DNA of 64,000 bases, taken from NCBI GenBank assembly GCA_041748075.1, contig JBGTDX010000118.1, positions 66,730 through 130,729 of the forward strand, given 5' to 3'. The notes beneath the pieces were generated by a model. That model did no database searches. It worked only from the letters and a program-made list of their open reading frames with translations, and was not told the DNA's origin. The stretch comes from Thermoanaerobaculia bacterium. Its GTDB lineage: Bacteria; Acidobacteriota; Thermoanaerobaculia; Gp7-AA8. Shown one piece after another: positions 47,217 to 56,636 of this stretch (positions are counted from its first letter, which is position 1; each line of letters begins with the position of its first letter). The position numbers were made by a program, and so were the translations under genes.

Positions 47217-49859
47217 CTACGTACCGCGGACGATGCGGGGTGTGATGAAAATCAACAGCTCGTCGTGGCGCCGCCCAATTTCTCTGTTTTTGAAAAGATG
47301 TCCCAGGACAGGAATCTGATGAATGATCGGGACACGGTTTTCGGAGTCGTTATCCGTCGACTGATAGATGCCGCCGATGACGGCTGTTCCGCCGTCGCGG
47401 ACCATCAGCCGCGTCTGAGCTCTCCGGGTGATGAGCGGCACATTCTCGCCGCCCGTGATCCCGAGCGCTGTGGCCGGCTCTACCTTCTGTACCTCGATGA
47501 TCATGATCACGGTGTTCTCCGCTGTGATCTGCGGCGTGACGCTCAGCCGGAGCGTCGCGTCAACGAAGGCTACGGTCGTCGTGAAGTTCACCCGTGTCTG
47601 GAAGGGAATCTGAATACCGCTCTGAATCTCGGCCTGGGCGTTGTCCTGCGTCGCGATCCGCGGCGCGGAGATCACGCGCGCCAGACCCTCGTTCTCCGCC
47701 GCTGCAAGCAACAGATCGAGATCAAACGTTCCGAGAACATTCGAAAGACTGATGTCGAACACCGTACGTCCGATCGCGAGATCGAACACAGAGCCCGGTC
47801 CTCCCACGCCTGTGTTGATCCGGTTCGGCCACTGGAGTCCGGTCCCGGTTCCCAGTGCCGGGTCCAGATCCGCGTTGAATCCGAGCGAGAAGCCGAACTG
47901 CCTGGAGAACGTCTTGGTCGTCTCCACGATGCGCGCTTCGATGATCACCTGTGGCGTCGGGATGTCGACCGTATCGACCATGTTGAGCATCAGCCGCAAC
48001 GCTTCCGGGATATCGGTGATGATGATCTGATTGGTGCGCGCGTCGACGATGATCTTTCCGCGAGGCGAGGCAAGCTGCGTGAGCAGCGTAGATATCTCTC
48101 CTGCTTTCGCGTACGAAAGCCGGCGCGCCACCGAGGTGGTCGGTACGTTGAGCCGCTTCTCTTCTTCACGGCGGCGTGTCGCCGCCTGCTCGGTGGCCAG
48201 GCGGTCGACCGTACCGATCCGCATGACGTTGCCTTCGAGATCGTAGGCCAGGCCGTTCTGCTTGAGGATCAGCTCGAGCGCCTGGTCCCACGGCACATCG
48301 GTGAACTCCACGCTGACCGTCCCGGTAACCTGCGGGTCGATCGCGATGTTCAGTCCCGTGAGCTGCGCGAAGGTGCGCAGGACGTCCTTGATGTCCGCAT
48401 CCTTGAGGGTCAGGCTCAGTGGCTCACCCGTGTAGACCCGCTCCTCGGTGCTGAGAGTCCGGCTCGTGCCCGGAGCGATGCCACCGCTCAGGTCGATCAT
48501 CGGCCCGACTCTCGTGATGGGAGGTTCGATGAATACGTCTTCCACGGGCGACACGCGCGCGGTCGACTCCGGCAGCGTTGCCGTGGCCGTCGACCGTGGC
48601 CCTGACTGCGGCGCCGGGCTGTTCACTACGTGCGTGGTCACTGGTCGAAACTCCGGTTCCACCCGGGCCGGGGGCGGCGGAACCACGAAGGCCACGGATG
48701 GCGCCTCTTCTTCGAAAATGTTCCGCTCGTCCTGCGTTGAAGCCATCTTTACGACAGGCTCGGCCACGACCGGCTCGACCTCCGCAGGGAGCGACCGTGC
48801 AGGTGCTGGCGGCGGCGCTTCAGACGCAACCCGTGTCGGCTCGCGCACGGGAACGGGGAGAGCCGGTGGAGGCATCTCCTCGGCTTGGGCCGTCATACTC
48901 GGGGGAGCGGGGTCCGAATAGGCCTCACGGGCGACCGGCTCGCTCGACTGCGCGAGTGCCGCTGGCGGGACAGACCTCGCCCGGCCAAACGTAACGCGAA
49001 GAGATCGTCCGTCTCTGACAATGTCGTACTCGATCAATTCATCGAGGTCCACAACGATTCGAGTGATGGCTTCCGGGGTCAGCTGGAACTGCGAGACTCG
49101 GATCTGCCGAACGCTCGCGGCGGCAACCTGGAAATTTTTTTGGCGGACGTGATTCGTGACCCCCTTGAGATCGACGACCAGACGGAGAGGGTTCGCCAGA
49201 CGGAAAGTCGTGTATTCCACTCGGCCGTCCGTCTCGAGCACGACCTCGCTTCCGGACGAACTTACATTCCGCAGTCTTCTGGCCGGAGGGTAATCCGATC
49301 GGAAATCACTCGAGGCCGGCGCTGCTGTCGCGACCACAGGTGTCTCACGAATGTCGGATACAGAAACGACATCCTCCGGCGGAGGGAGCACTTCCGGAGC
49401 GTCGAAATCTTCGACGCTCGCCATGAGGGGTTCCGAGAAATCGATCACCACCCTGCCGTCGACCGTCGAGGCCGTGGCGGACATGGGCGACGTGAAACGA
49501 ACCGTAACGCGAGTGAGCGGCCGGCCGAGCTCTATGGCCTCGTCCGCCGCGACGGATGCGACGTAAGACGGCAGATTCGTGGGCAGAACCAAACCGTAAG
49601 CCTTGGTCGTCCGCGGAAGGTCCAGCACGAAAACATCGGGCTGCGGACTGTACGAGGTGTACGTGGGCGCTCCCGTAGTTTGCAGGACCAGCCGCGGTGC
49701 AGGGAGTGCCTCGGCGCGGAGAGCATCGAGCGTCGCCCGCCCCCCGTTTTCCGCACTCGGAACCGCGGATCCGGCCTGCACCTCCGACGGATTTCCCGAC
49801 GCGCAGGCAACTGCCAGGACCAGCACGCTTCCCATGACGAGCAGACGCAGCGTTTTCAT
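47217..49859 (-). CDS. pilQ: Type IV pilus secretin PilQ (AMIN domains plus secretin).
   Basis: Signal MKTLRLLVMGSVLVLAVACAS. N-terminal AMIN-like repeats. Secretin core ...VETTKTFSRQFGF...NEGLARVISAPRIATQDNAQAEIQSGIQIPF...IPVLGHLF...LLIFITPRIV. Confidence 0.85.
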   Translation of the reverse strand: MKTLRLLVMGSVLVLAVACASGNPSEVQAGSAVPSAENGGRATLDALRAEALPAPRLVLQTTGAPTYTSYSPQPDVFVLDLPRTTKAYGLVLPTNLPSYVASVAADEAIELGRPLTRVTVRFTSPMSATASTVDGRVVIDFSEPLMASVEDFDAPEVLPPPEDVVSVSDIRETPVVATAAPASSDFRSDYPPARRLRNVSSSGSEVVLETDGRVEYTTFRLANPLRLVVDLKGVTNHVRQKNFQVAAASVRQIRVSQFQLTPEAITRIVVDLDELIEYDIVRDGRSLRVTFGRARSVPPAALAQSSEPVAREAYSDPAPPSMTAQAEEMPPPALPVPVREPTRVASEAPPPAPARSLPAEVEPVVAEPVVKMASTQDERNIFEEEAPSVAFVVPPPPARVEPEFRPVTTHVVNSPAPQSGPRSTATATLPESTARVSPVEDVFIEPPITRVGPMIDLSGGIAPGTSRTLSTEERVYTGEPLSLTLKDADIKDVLRTFAQLTGLNIAIDPQVTGTVSVEFTDVPWDQALELILKQNGLAYDLEGNVMRIGTVDRLATEQAATRRREEEKRLNVPTTSVARRLSYAKAGEISTLLTQLASPRGKIIVDARTNQIIITDIPEALRLMLNMVDTVDIPTPQVIIEARIVETTKTFSRQFGFSLGFNADLDPALGTGTGLQWPNRINTGVGGPGSVFDLAIGRTVFDISLSNVLGTFDLDLLLAAAENEGLARVISAPRIATQDNAQAEIQSGIQIPFQTRVNFTTTVAFVDATLRLSVTPQITAENTVIMIIEVQKVEPATALGITGGENVPLITRRAQTRLMVRDGGTAVIGGIYQSTDNDSENRVPIIHQIPVLGHLFKNREIGRRHDELLIFITPRIVRGT

Positions 49860-49954
49860 CATGCCTCCCACCATCCCATCACCATCACAACCCTCCACGT
49901 CACCCGTGGGCAGTATTCAAGCGATACTCGAGCGCCTGAGCGCACCTGTCCGGT

Positions 49955-50473
49955 TTAACGTCTGTTTGCCTCCGACTGCGGCGTGATGTCCTTGACGACC
50001 TCACGGAATCTTTCAATCCGCGTGGGGTCATTCACTTCCTGCCGGAACACGACCGAAAGCGGCGTGATCCGGATGACTTCACCGTCAAATACCTTGTCAC
50101 CAACCTTGATCAGGTATCCGTTGTTGTCCGGACCGTTGACCATCGCCACGAACCCTTCCCGCGTCCGGACAACCCCCGTAAGATCGAGCTCTTCGATGAG
50201 AAATCCAGCGGCTCCGGGAGGCGCATTCTCGCGGCTCATCTGTGGCGCGGGACCGACGAGCGATCGGAACGGATCCCTCCGTCCCTGCTGATCGTAGCGA
50301 TAGCTGTCTGCTGCGTCCGGATCTTCGAGGATCTCCTGAAGATCCTGCTGAAGCGTCTCATCGGGCGACTGACCCCGAGCAGGGGCGGGTGGCTGCTGCG
50401 CCACCGCGATCAGAGCGGTTGCCGCAATCAGAACCAGCACGAACAGAAGCTTCTTCTTGATCATCCCCATCAC
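49955..50473 (-). CDS. PilP (pilus assembly lipoprotein-like).
   Basis: Signal. YRYDQQGRRDPFRSL...GYLIKVGDKVFDGEVIRITPLSVVF is the PilP beta-domain pattern. Confidence 0.6.
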   Translation of the reverse strand: MMGMIKKKLLFVLVLIAATALIAVAQQPPAPARGQSPDETLQQDLQEILEDPDAADSYRYDQQGRRDPFRSLVGPAPQMSRENAPPGAAGFLIEELDLTGVVRTREGFVAMVNGPDNNGYLIKVGDKVFDGEVIRITPLSVVFRQEVNDPTRIERFREVVKDITPQSEANRR

Positions 50474-51091
50474 CTACTGAGCCCCGCCCGGCGTTCCGTC
50501 CGCCGTGTCCGGTTCGTTCTTCGGTTCAATATAGACGAATGTCTTCGCCACGAATTCACTCGTCACCGTACGTTCGGATTGTACTCCGAGTGCGTTGATC
50601 GAAAACTGCTCGACGTTCATGATGCGGGAGAAACTGCTCAGCCGATTGAACAGGATCGCAAGATTGTGGTAGCCGCCCTCGACCGCAATACTGATCGGCC
50701 ATTCGGAGTAGACCTCGCTTTCCTCGGAAGGAACGAGCGGCGGGAATGCGATCCGGCGGAGAGTGAAGTCTCCCTGATCGACCAGAGCCTTGATCTTCTT
50801 GATGATCTCTTCGGTGTTTCTGCTCGAGGGAAGAATGCGACGGAGCTTGTCCAGCTCGAGCTCGAGCCGTTTGACCTCCTCGCGGAACTGCGGAAGCTTC
50901 TTTTCGGCCGAGCGGCCCGCCTGGATCTTCTTGGCGAGCTCATCGAGCTCCGCGTCGACGGTCACGATCTCTGCATTGAGTGGCTTGATGAGAAAATAAT
51001 GCACGCCGAAGACGATCAGCGCCGCGAGGGCGAGTCCGATGAGCAGCCCGTAGTACCAGGGCTTTCCTTCCATTCCGAGCTCGAGGGCCAT
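50474..51091 (-). CDS. PilO.
   Basis: TM WYYGLLIGLALAALIVFGVHYFLI plus coiled coil. Sits between pilN and pilP. Confidence 0.65.
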   Translation of the reverse strand: MALELGMEGKPWYYGLLIGLALAALIVFGVHYFLIKPLNAEIVTVDAELDELAKKIQAGRSAEKKLPQFREEVKRLELELDKLRRILPSSRNTEEIIKKIKALVDQGDFTLRRIAFPPLVPSEESEVYSEWPISIAVEGGYHNLAILFNRLSSFSRIMNVEQFSINALGVQSERTVTSEFVAKTFVYIEPKNEPDTADGTPGGAQ

Positions 51092-51101
51092 CGGCTTTCC
51101 C

Positions 51102-51782
51102 CTATGTCCCCGCACCCGGAAGGGGCGCAGTAGCCGGTTGCGTGGATTCAACGGGAGTCACGGCGGGCTCACCCACGAGCTCAGTCGGCGCATAGGTGAA
51201 ATTGAACGTCATGCCCCAGCTATACACCGTCGTATTCCCCTCCTGGCCCGTGGTCACGGCGTCCACCACCGGCTCTTCGAAAGTGGGATCCGTCTTGATG
51301 TTCTCGACGTAATTTGCGATAGCGGTCGGATTGAGAGCCTTGCCCTGCATGGTCACCTGATTGCCAGAGAAGGTCATCGAAGTCAGCCAGACGAGGTCCG
51401 GAAGGAGCTGGCTGATCTTGTCCATGATCCGAACAGGGCCTTTCTGCCTCTGTTTGAGGTCGTTGATCAGATTGATTCTCTTTTCGAGGGAGTCCTTGCG
51501 TCTCTGGAACTGCTCGACCTCGGCGATGATCGATTCGAGCTGCTGGGCTTCCTGCCTGCGCTCAACCGCTTCGTCCTGCTTCGAGCCCAGCTCCCGGCTC
51601 TTGAGCAACCACCACCCGCCCGCCAGCAGAAGCCCTGCGACGATGAGCCCCACGATCAGCACGTTATTGATCTCCCGCGGCGCGGACATCGATGCGGAAC
51701 TGGCCATCGACGAACCGGACCGCGAGGGTCCCGTGTCGCGGGCTCCGGCGCGAGCCTCCCGGATCAGGTTGATCTTGATCAC
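51102..51782 (-). CDS. PilN.
   Basis: GTG start giving VIKINLIREA..., overlapping the pilM stop as GTGA. TM NVLIVGLIVAGLLLAGGWWLL. Confidence 0.7.
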   Translation of the reverse strand: MIKINLIREARAGARDTGPSRSGSSMASSASMSAPREINNVLIVGLIVAGLLLAGGWWLLKSRELGSKQDEAVERRQEAQQLESIIAEVEQFQRRKDSLEKRINLINDLKQRQKGPVRIMDKISQLLPDLVWLTSMTFSGNQVTMQGKALNPTAIANYVENIKTDPTFEEPVVDAVTTGQEGNTTVYSWGMTFNFTYAPTELVGEPAVTPVESTQPATAPLPGAGT

Positions 51783-52834
51783 GAGTCCCCCAGCTTTCTG
51801 ATGGCGAGTCCTACCGCCACGGCCATACTCGGCCCGACCTCGGAGATCCACTCGGGATTGAAGTCGCTCTCATTGATCGCGATATTGCGGAAAGGATTCA
51901 TAATCTCCACGGGGATGCCAAACTTTTCCCGCAGGATGGCATCGAGATTCAGCACTCCCGATCCGCCTCCCGCGATGACCACGTGCTCGACCCGTTCGGC
52001 TCCCGAAGTCGCCGCGAAGAAGTCGAGCGTCTTCCGCAACTCGGATGCGAAGTCCTCGGAAACCGAGTTCAGAATCGGGATCACCTGCTGAATGTTTCGA
52101 TCGGCGACCGACTCGCCCCGCTTGAGGCCTTCGGCCTGAGCAAACGAGAGGTTCAACTCGCGCTGAATGGCGTCCGTGTACTGGTTGCCGCCAAACGTGA
52201 TGTCCCGCCAGAAGAGCGATTCGCCACCCTGCATGACCGTGACGTTGGTCACCGAAGCCCCGATGTTCACAAGAGCCGTGACCTCACGGCCCACGATCGG
52301 ATAGTTCAGCTCATAGGCGTTCTGAAGGGCGAAGGCGTCCACATCCACGATCACCGACGACTTGCCGGTCTGGCTGATCACCGAGGTGTAATCGTTGATC
52401 TTTTCCTTCTTGACGGCCACCAGGATGACGTCGACGCTGTCGCCTCCCGAGCTCGGAAGCGGGACGTAGTCGAGGTTGACGTCATTGATATCGAAGGGGA
52501 TGTACTGCTCGGCTTCCCACTGGATCGACTCGGCGAGCTCCTCGCTGGACATGGAGGGCAGGGCGATTTTCTTGATGATGACCGAATGGCCGGACAGGGA
52601 AGTGGCAAAGCTGGAATTCTTCACTCCCTGGGCGGCGTTGAGGCGTTGGATGGTATCGACGACGAGCGAGGAATCCATGATGGATCCGTCGACGATGGCT
52701 TCCGGTGAGAGCGACTCGATGCCTATCTTGAGCAGCTGATAGGAACCAGCCTTCTTCTCCTTCAACTCCACGAGCTTCACCGCGGAGGATCCGATATCAA
52801 GACCAACTACATTTTTGCTCTTTGAGAAGAACAC
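51779..52834 (-). CDS. pilM: PilM (actin-like ATPase-fold pilus assembly protein).
   Basis: MFFSKSKNVVGLDIGSSAVKLVEL...; 351 aa. Confidence 0.9.
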   Translation of the reverse strand: MFFSKSKNVVGLDIGSSAVKLVELKEKKAGSYQLLKIGIESLSPEAIVDGSIMDSSLVVDTIQRLNAAQGVKNSSFATSLSGHSVIIKKIALPSMSSEELAESIQWEAEQYIPFDINDVNLDYVPLPSSGGDSVDVILVAVKKEKINDYTSVISQTGKSSVIVDVDAFALQNAYELNYPIVGREVTALVNIGASVTNVTVMQGGESLFWRDITFGGNQYTDAIQRELNLSFAQAEGLKRGESVADRNIQQVIPILNSVSEDFASELRKTLDFFAATSGAERVEHVVIAGGGSGVLNLDAILREKFGIPVEIMNPFRNIAINESDFNPEWISEVGPSMAVAVGLAIRKLGDS

Positions 52835-53147
52835 CGCTCACCCCATCCATCTCACTCACTTCTCGTCGGGCACTGATTCAGAGCATGAATTTTGAAAGTT
52901 GGAGCGAAATTACACGGTTTTAATAGTCATGTCAACTCTACAAGATTTAGAGACGCAAATAGATGCGGCGACAGGACCGGGGTGGTCCAACCCGCTTTTC
53001 TCACATCATTTGTCGCGGGGAGGACGAGTCATCGCCGGCACGCTGTCAGGGTGCAAGGCGCCTCGCAACGAACCAGATAGGGCCGGTATCGTCTTCGCGG
53101 CAGAAACGGTGTGAGAAATGGGAGTTGAGGGCCAGTTTGAAAAAGCA

Positions 53148-53176
53148 TTGCGCGGAATCGGGACGGCACGTACAAT
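53148..53176 (+). promoter_or_regulatory. Candidate sigma-70 promoter for rpmB (-35 TTGCGC, 17-nt spacer, -10 TACAAT).
   Basis: Spacing counted directly. The downstream GAGGAG Shine-Dalgarno lies 7 nt before ATG 53208. Confidence 0.35.
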
Positions 53177-53207
53177 TCCTCGCTTTTGAATTTCGAGGAG
53201 TCAATCC

Positions 53208-53402
53208 ATGGCAAAGATGTGTGAAGTCTGCGGCAAAGCGCCGGTTTTCGGCAACCGGGTGAGTCATGCCCACAATGTGTCGAGCCGCCGGTGGCTGCCG
53301 AACCTGCAGAGGGTTCGCGTCCTGGTCGGCGGAGCCGTCCGCAGGATGAACGTCTGCACCCGCTGCATCCGCTCGGGCTCGATCCAGAAAGCCGCCCGGT
53401 AG
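53208..53402 (+). CDS. rpmB: 50S ribosomal protein L28.
   Basis: [38 protein letters not shown]... Confidence 0.9.
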   Translation: MAKMCEVCGKAPVFGNRVSHAHNVSSRRWLPNLQRVRVLVGGAVRRMNVCTRCIRSGSIQKAAR

Positions 53403-53426
53403 TCTCGCCTGCAGCCTCAACCAATC

Positions 53427-53456
53427 AGCCCCGTCACCGGGGCTTTTTGCTTTTTT
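53427..53456 (+). terminator. Rho-independent terminator after rpmB.
   Basis: Stem agccccg/cggggct followed by tttttgctttttt. Confidence 0.7.
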
Positions 53457-53538
53457 GGGGGTGAGGGACGTCCCTCGACGCCGTCGCCGTCGCCGTGGCC
53501 GTGGCCGAGACCATGGCGCCGGAGGGCGCAGAAAGACG

Positions 53539-53555
53539 CTAGTGTCCTGTAACGG
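53539..53555. repeat. Half-copy (ctagtgtcctgtaacgg) of the 54-bp palindrome arm found at 61845.
   Basis: 17/17 identity to the palindrome arm, followed by ggcgacggaaacggaaacgg. Confidence 0.6.
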
Positions 53556-53606
53556 CGACGGAAACGGAAACGGTAATCAGGGTGCGCAGGAGCTGGAGGC
53601 GGGCGC

Positions 53607-55778
53607 TTATGCCGTTGCGTGGCGGATGTTGTACTTCCGCTCGACCTGGAGCACTCCATCGATCGCGCTGATGGACTTGATCACCTTTTCGAGGTGTTTG
53701 AGGTCGGCGATTTCGACGTTCAGCTCGATGGTGCCTCGCCCGTCAGCCGTCCGGGACTCGAGGTTCCGGATGTTTGTCTTGAGGTTGGCGATGGAGGATA
53801 CGACACGGGCCAGAATCCCCTGGCGGTCTTCCATGACGATCTCGAGATCGATGTTGAATCGCGAGCCCCGCTCATCGGCCCAGGAAACCTCGATCTCACG
53901 ATCCGGATTGAAAATCAGGTTCTTCACATTCGGACAGCTCGCGCTGTGCACCGCGATCCCTTTTCCGCGGGTGACGTAGCCGACGATCTCTTCTCCGGGC
54001 ACAGGGTTGCAGCAGCCGGCCAGGTACGTCATCAGGTCGTCGTAGCCCTTGACTTTGATGGTCTGGGCTCCGGTGAAGGGAAAGATTCTGCGCACGGCCT
54101 GCTGGAACACGCCGGCGGGCTCCGGTTCCTTTTTCCCTTTGCCTCCCTCGGGGACAAACCTCTCCACGACGGCCTTCGCGGCGATCTTTCCGTATCCGAC
54201 GTCGGCAAAGAGCTCCTCGAGCCTGGCCAGCCCGTATTCGGCGAGCACGCCATCGAGAGCGTTCTCGGCGATGAGCTTCTTGAACTGAACGCGGAGGCGT
54301 TTCGCTTCTTTTTCGATCAGCTTCCGTCCCAGCTCAGTCGATCGGTTCTTCTGCTCGGTGTTGAGCCAGTGACGGATCTTGTGGCGAGCCCTCGAGGTGA
54401 CGACCAGATTGATCCAGTCGCGATTGGGCGTTTGATTCGGCGTCGTGAGTATCTCGACGATGTCACCGTTCTTCAGAGTCGTCCGGAGGGGCATGAGCTT
54501 CCCGTTGATCCGAGCTCCGACACACCGATGTCCCACGTCCGTGTGGATCCCGTAAGCGAAATCCAGCGGGGTGGCTCCACGCGGAAACGCGAACACGTCG
54601 CCCTTCGGCGTGAAGGTGTAGACCTCGTCGGGGTAGAGGTCGATCTTCAGCGAATTCATGAACACCCGTGGGTCCTTGATGTCGTGCTGCCATTCGACCA
54701 CCTGTCGCAACCAGAGGAAGTTCTCGTCATCGGTTGACGGTCCCCCACCTTCTTTATATTTCCAGTGGGCGGCGATCCCCTGTTCGGCAACCAGATCCAT
54801 CTCCCGGGTCCGGATCTGCACCTCGAAGGGCTGGCCCTTCTCAGCCACGACGGTGGTGTGGAGGGACTGGTAGAAGTTCGGCTTCGGCATCGCAACGTAA
54901 TCTTTGATGCGGCCGGGCACGGGTCTCCAGGTCTGGTGGATGATGCCGAGCGCCGCGTAACAATCCTTGACTGTCGCGGTCGTGATGCGGAAGGCGAGAT
55001 AGTCGTAGAGCTGGCCGATGTCGATTCCCTGTTTACGCAGTTTCTGGTGGATCGAGTACATCGATTTTACGCGGCCGCCGACTTCGCATTCGATGAGGTT
55101 CTCGCTCATCTTCGCGCTGAGGGTCTCCCGGATTCTGTCGACGATCTCACCCGACACCGCCAACTTTCCTTCGACCGCGCGCGAGAGCTCTTCGTACTCC
55201 CGCTGGTGGAGATTTCGGAACGAGAGGTCCTCGAGCTCATTCTTGATCCGCCCCATGCCGAGGCGGTTCGCGATAGGCGCATAGATCTCGAGTGTTTCCT
55301 TGGCAATGGTCAGACGGCGATCGTCCGGCATGTGCTCGAGGGTTCGCATGTTGTGCAGCCGGTCCGCGAGCTTGACGAGAACGACGCGGAGGTCCGAGAC
55401 CATCGCGAGAATCATCTTGCGGAACGTTTCGGCCTGTTGCTGTTCTTTCGAGACGTAGGCGTAGCGTGAGATCTTCGTCACGCCGTCAACGAGCTCGGCA
55501 ACATCGTCGCCGAAGAGCTCCTGCAGTTTCTCCTTGGTCGTGAGGGTGTCCTCGAGAACGTCGTGCAGGAGCCCGACTGCGATCGAGGTTTCGTCGAGCC
55601 TCATGTCCGCCAGGATGTAGGCGACATTGAGTGGATGAACCAGGTACGGCTCGCCCGAGCGGCGGACCTGTCCCTTGTGCTCGAGGGCCGAGAAGATGTA
55701 GGCCTTCTGGAGCAGTTCCTCATCGAATCCCGGTTTGTAGGACTCGACCTTGTCGAGGATCTGTTCGAAACGGATCAT
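53607..55778 (-). CDS. Bifunctional (p)ppGpp synthetase/hydrolase (RelA/SpoT, Rel).
   Basis: HD domain (HPLNVAYILADMRLD...HDVLEDT), synthetase domain, TGS and ACT regions. 723 aa. Confidence 0.9.
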   Translation of the reverse strand: MIRFEQILDKVESYKPGFDEELLQKAYIFSALEHKGQVRRSGEPYLVHPLNVAYILADMRLDETSIAVGLLHDVLEDTLTTKEKLQELFGDDVAELVDGVTKISRYAYVSKEQQQAETFRKMILAMVSDLRVVLVKLADRLHNMRTLEHMPDDRRLTIAKETLEIYAPIANRLGMGRIKNELEDLSFRNLHQREYEELSRAVEGKLAVSGEIVDRIRETLSAKMSENLIECEVGGRVKSMYSIHQKLRKQGIDIGQLYDYLAFRITTATVKDCYAALGIIHQTWRPVPGRIKDYVAMPKPNFYQSLHTTVVAEKGQPFEVQIRTREMDLVAEQGIAAHWKYKEGGGPSTDDENFLWLRQVVEWQHDIKDPRVFMNSLKIDLYPDEVYTFTPKGDVFAFPRGATPLDFAYGIHTDVGHRCVGARINGKLMPLRTTLKNGDIVEILTTPNQTPNRDWINLVVTSRARHKIRHWLNTEQKNRSTELGRKLIEKEAKRLRVQFKKLIAENALDGVLAEYGLARLEELFADVGYGKIAAKAVVERFVPEGGKGKKEPEPAGVFQQAVRRIFPFTGAQTIKVKGYDDLMTYLAGCCNPVPGEEIVGYVTRGKGIAVHSASCPNVKNLIFNPDREIEVSWADERGSRFNIDLEIVMEDRQGILARVVSSIANLKTNIRNLESRTADGRGTIELNVEIADLKHLEKVIKSISAIDGVLQVERKYNIRHATA

Positions 55779-55865
55779 TTGCGCTATCTCAACTGCGAGC
55801 GAGTATAACGCTCAAACCCCGAGGTCCATTCTGGACGGGAGGAAGGGCGTCGCATCTCGCTCCCC

Positions 55866-56636
55866 TTACGCGCTCGGAACGATCCAGCTGCGGCCATCCG
55901 CCGACTCGATGGCCTCGCCGCGAAAGCCGAAGTACTCGAGCATCACTTCGGGCCGCATCACGTCTCCGGGTGTTCCCTCCATCGCGAGCCTCCCCCTGCT
56001 CATGACCAGCATCCGGTCGGAACACGCCGCGCTCCAGTTCATATCGTGCGAGATGAAAACAACGGTGCATCCTTTCGAGTCGACGATCGATCGGAGCAGT
56101 TGCGAGAAGCGCTGCACGTGCTCGAGGTCGAGCGCTGCGAGCGGTTCATCGAGCAGAATCAGGCGCGGTTGGCCCGCGAGCACGCGGGCGAGAAACACCC
56201 GTTTCCTCTCGCCCCCGCTCATCTCCTCCAGGAGCCTGCCGGCGAGATGCGTGGCGTCGCAGTCGGCGAGTGCCTGCTCGGCGAGCTCGTAGTCTTCCCT
56301 CGATTCCCATTGGAACCGGCCGAGAAATGGTGCGCGCCCGGAAAGGACCACATCGATCGCCCGCATCGGCAGCAGCCACTCCGGTTCCTGAGGGAGATAC
56401 CCGGTCTGTCGGGCGAACTCGCGGCGATCCCACTCCCCGATCGGCTGGTCCAGAAAGCGGACTTCCCCCTGCTGCGGCGAGAGCACGCGCGCCATCAGTT
56501 TCATCAGCGTCGACTTGCCTGAACCGTTCGGCCCGGTCAGCGAGATCAGCTCTCCTTCGCCGAAACGGGTCGTCACCGAGTCGAGGCCGCCTACGCCCCT
56601 CGCATACGAAAATCCGACAGCTCGGAGGTCCATCAT
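55866..56636 (-). CDS. ABC transporter ATP-binding protein (FecE/BtuD-type importer).
   Basis: Walker A GPNGSGKST, signature LSGGERKRV, Walker B LILLDEP. Confidence 0.85.
   Translation of the reverse strand: MMDLRAVGFSYARGVGGLDSVTTRFGEGELISLTGPNGSGKSTLMKLMARVLSPQQGEVRFLDQPIGEWDRREFARQTGYLPQEPEWLLPMRAIDVVLSGRAPFLGRFQWESREDYELAEQALADCDATHLAGRLLEEMSGGERKRVFLARVLAGQPRLILLDEPLAALDLEHVQRFSQLLRSIVDSKGCTVVFISHDMNWSAACSDRMLVMSRGRLAMEGTPGDVMRPEVMLEYFGFRGEAIESADGRSWIVPSA

Noticed and set aside
53455-53979. ORF 53455..53979 (+), Arg-rich 174 aa, between rpmB and relA
   Set aside because: Low-complexity translation of GC-rich spacer (gccgtcgccgtcgccgtggccgtggcc) that then runs antisense into relA. It sits after a strong rpmB terminator, and the region is better explained by the palindrome half-site at 53539.
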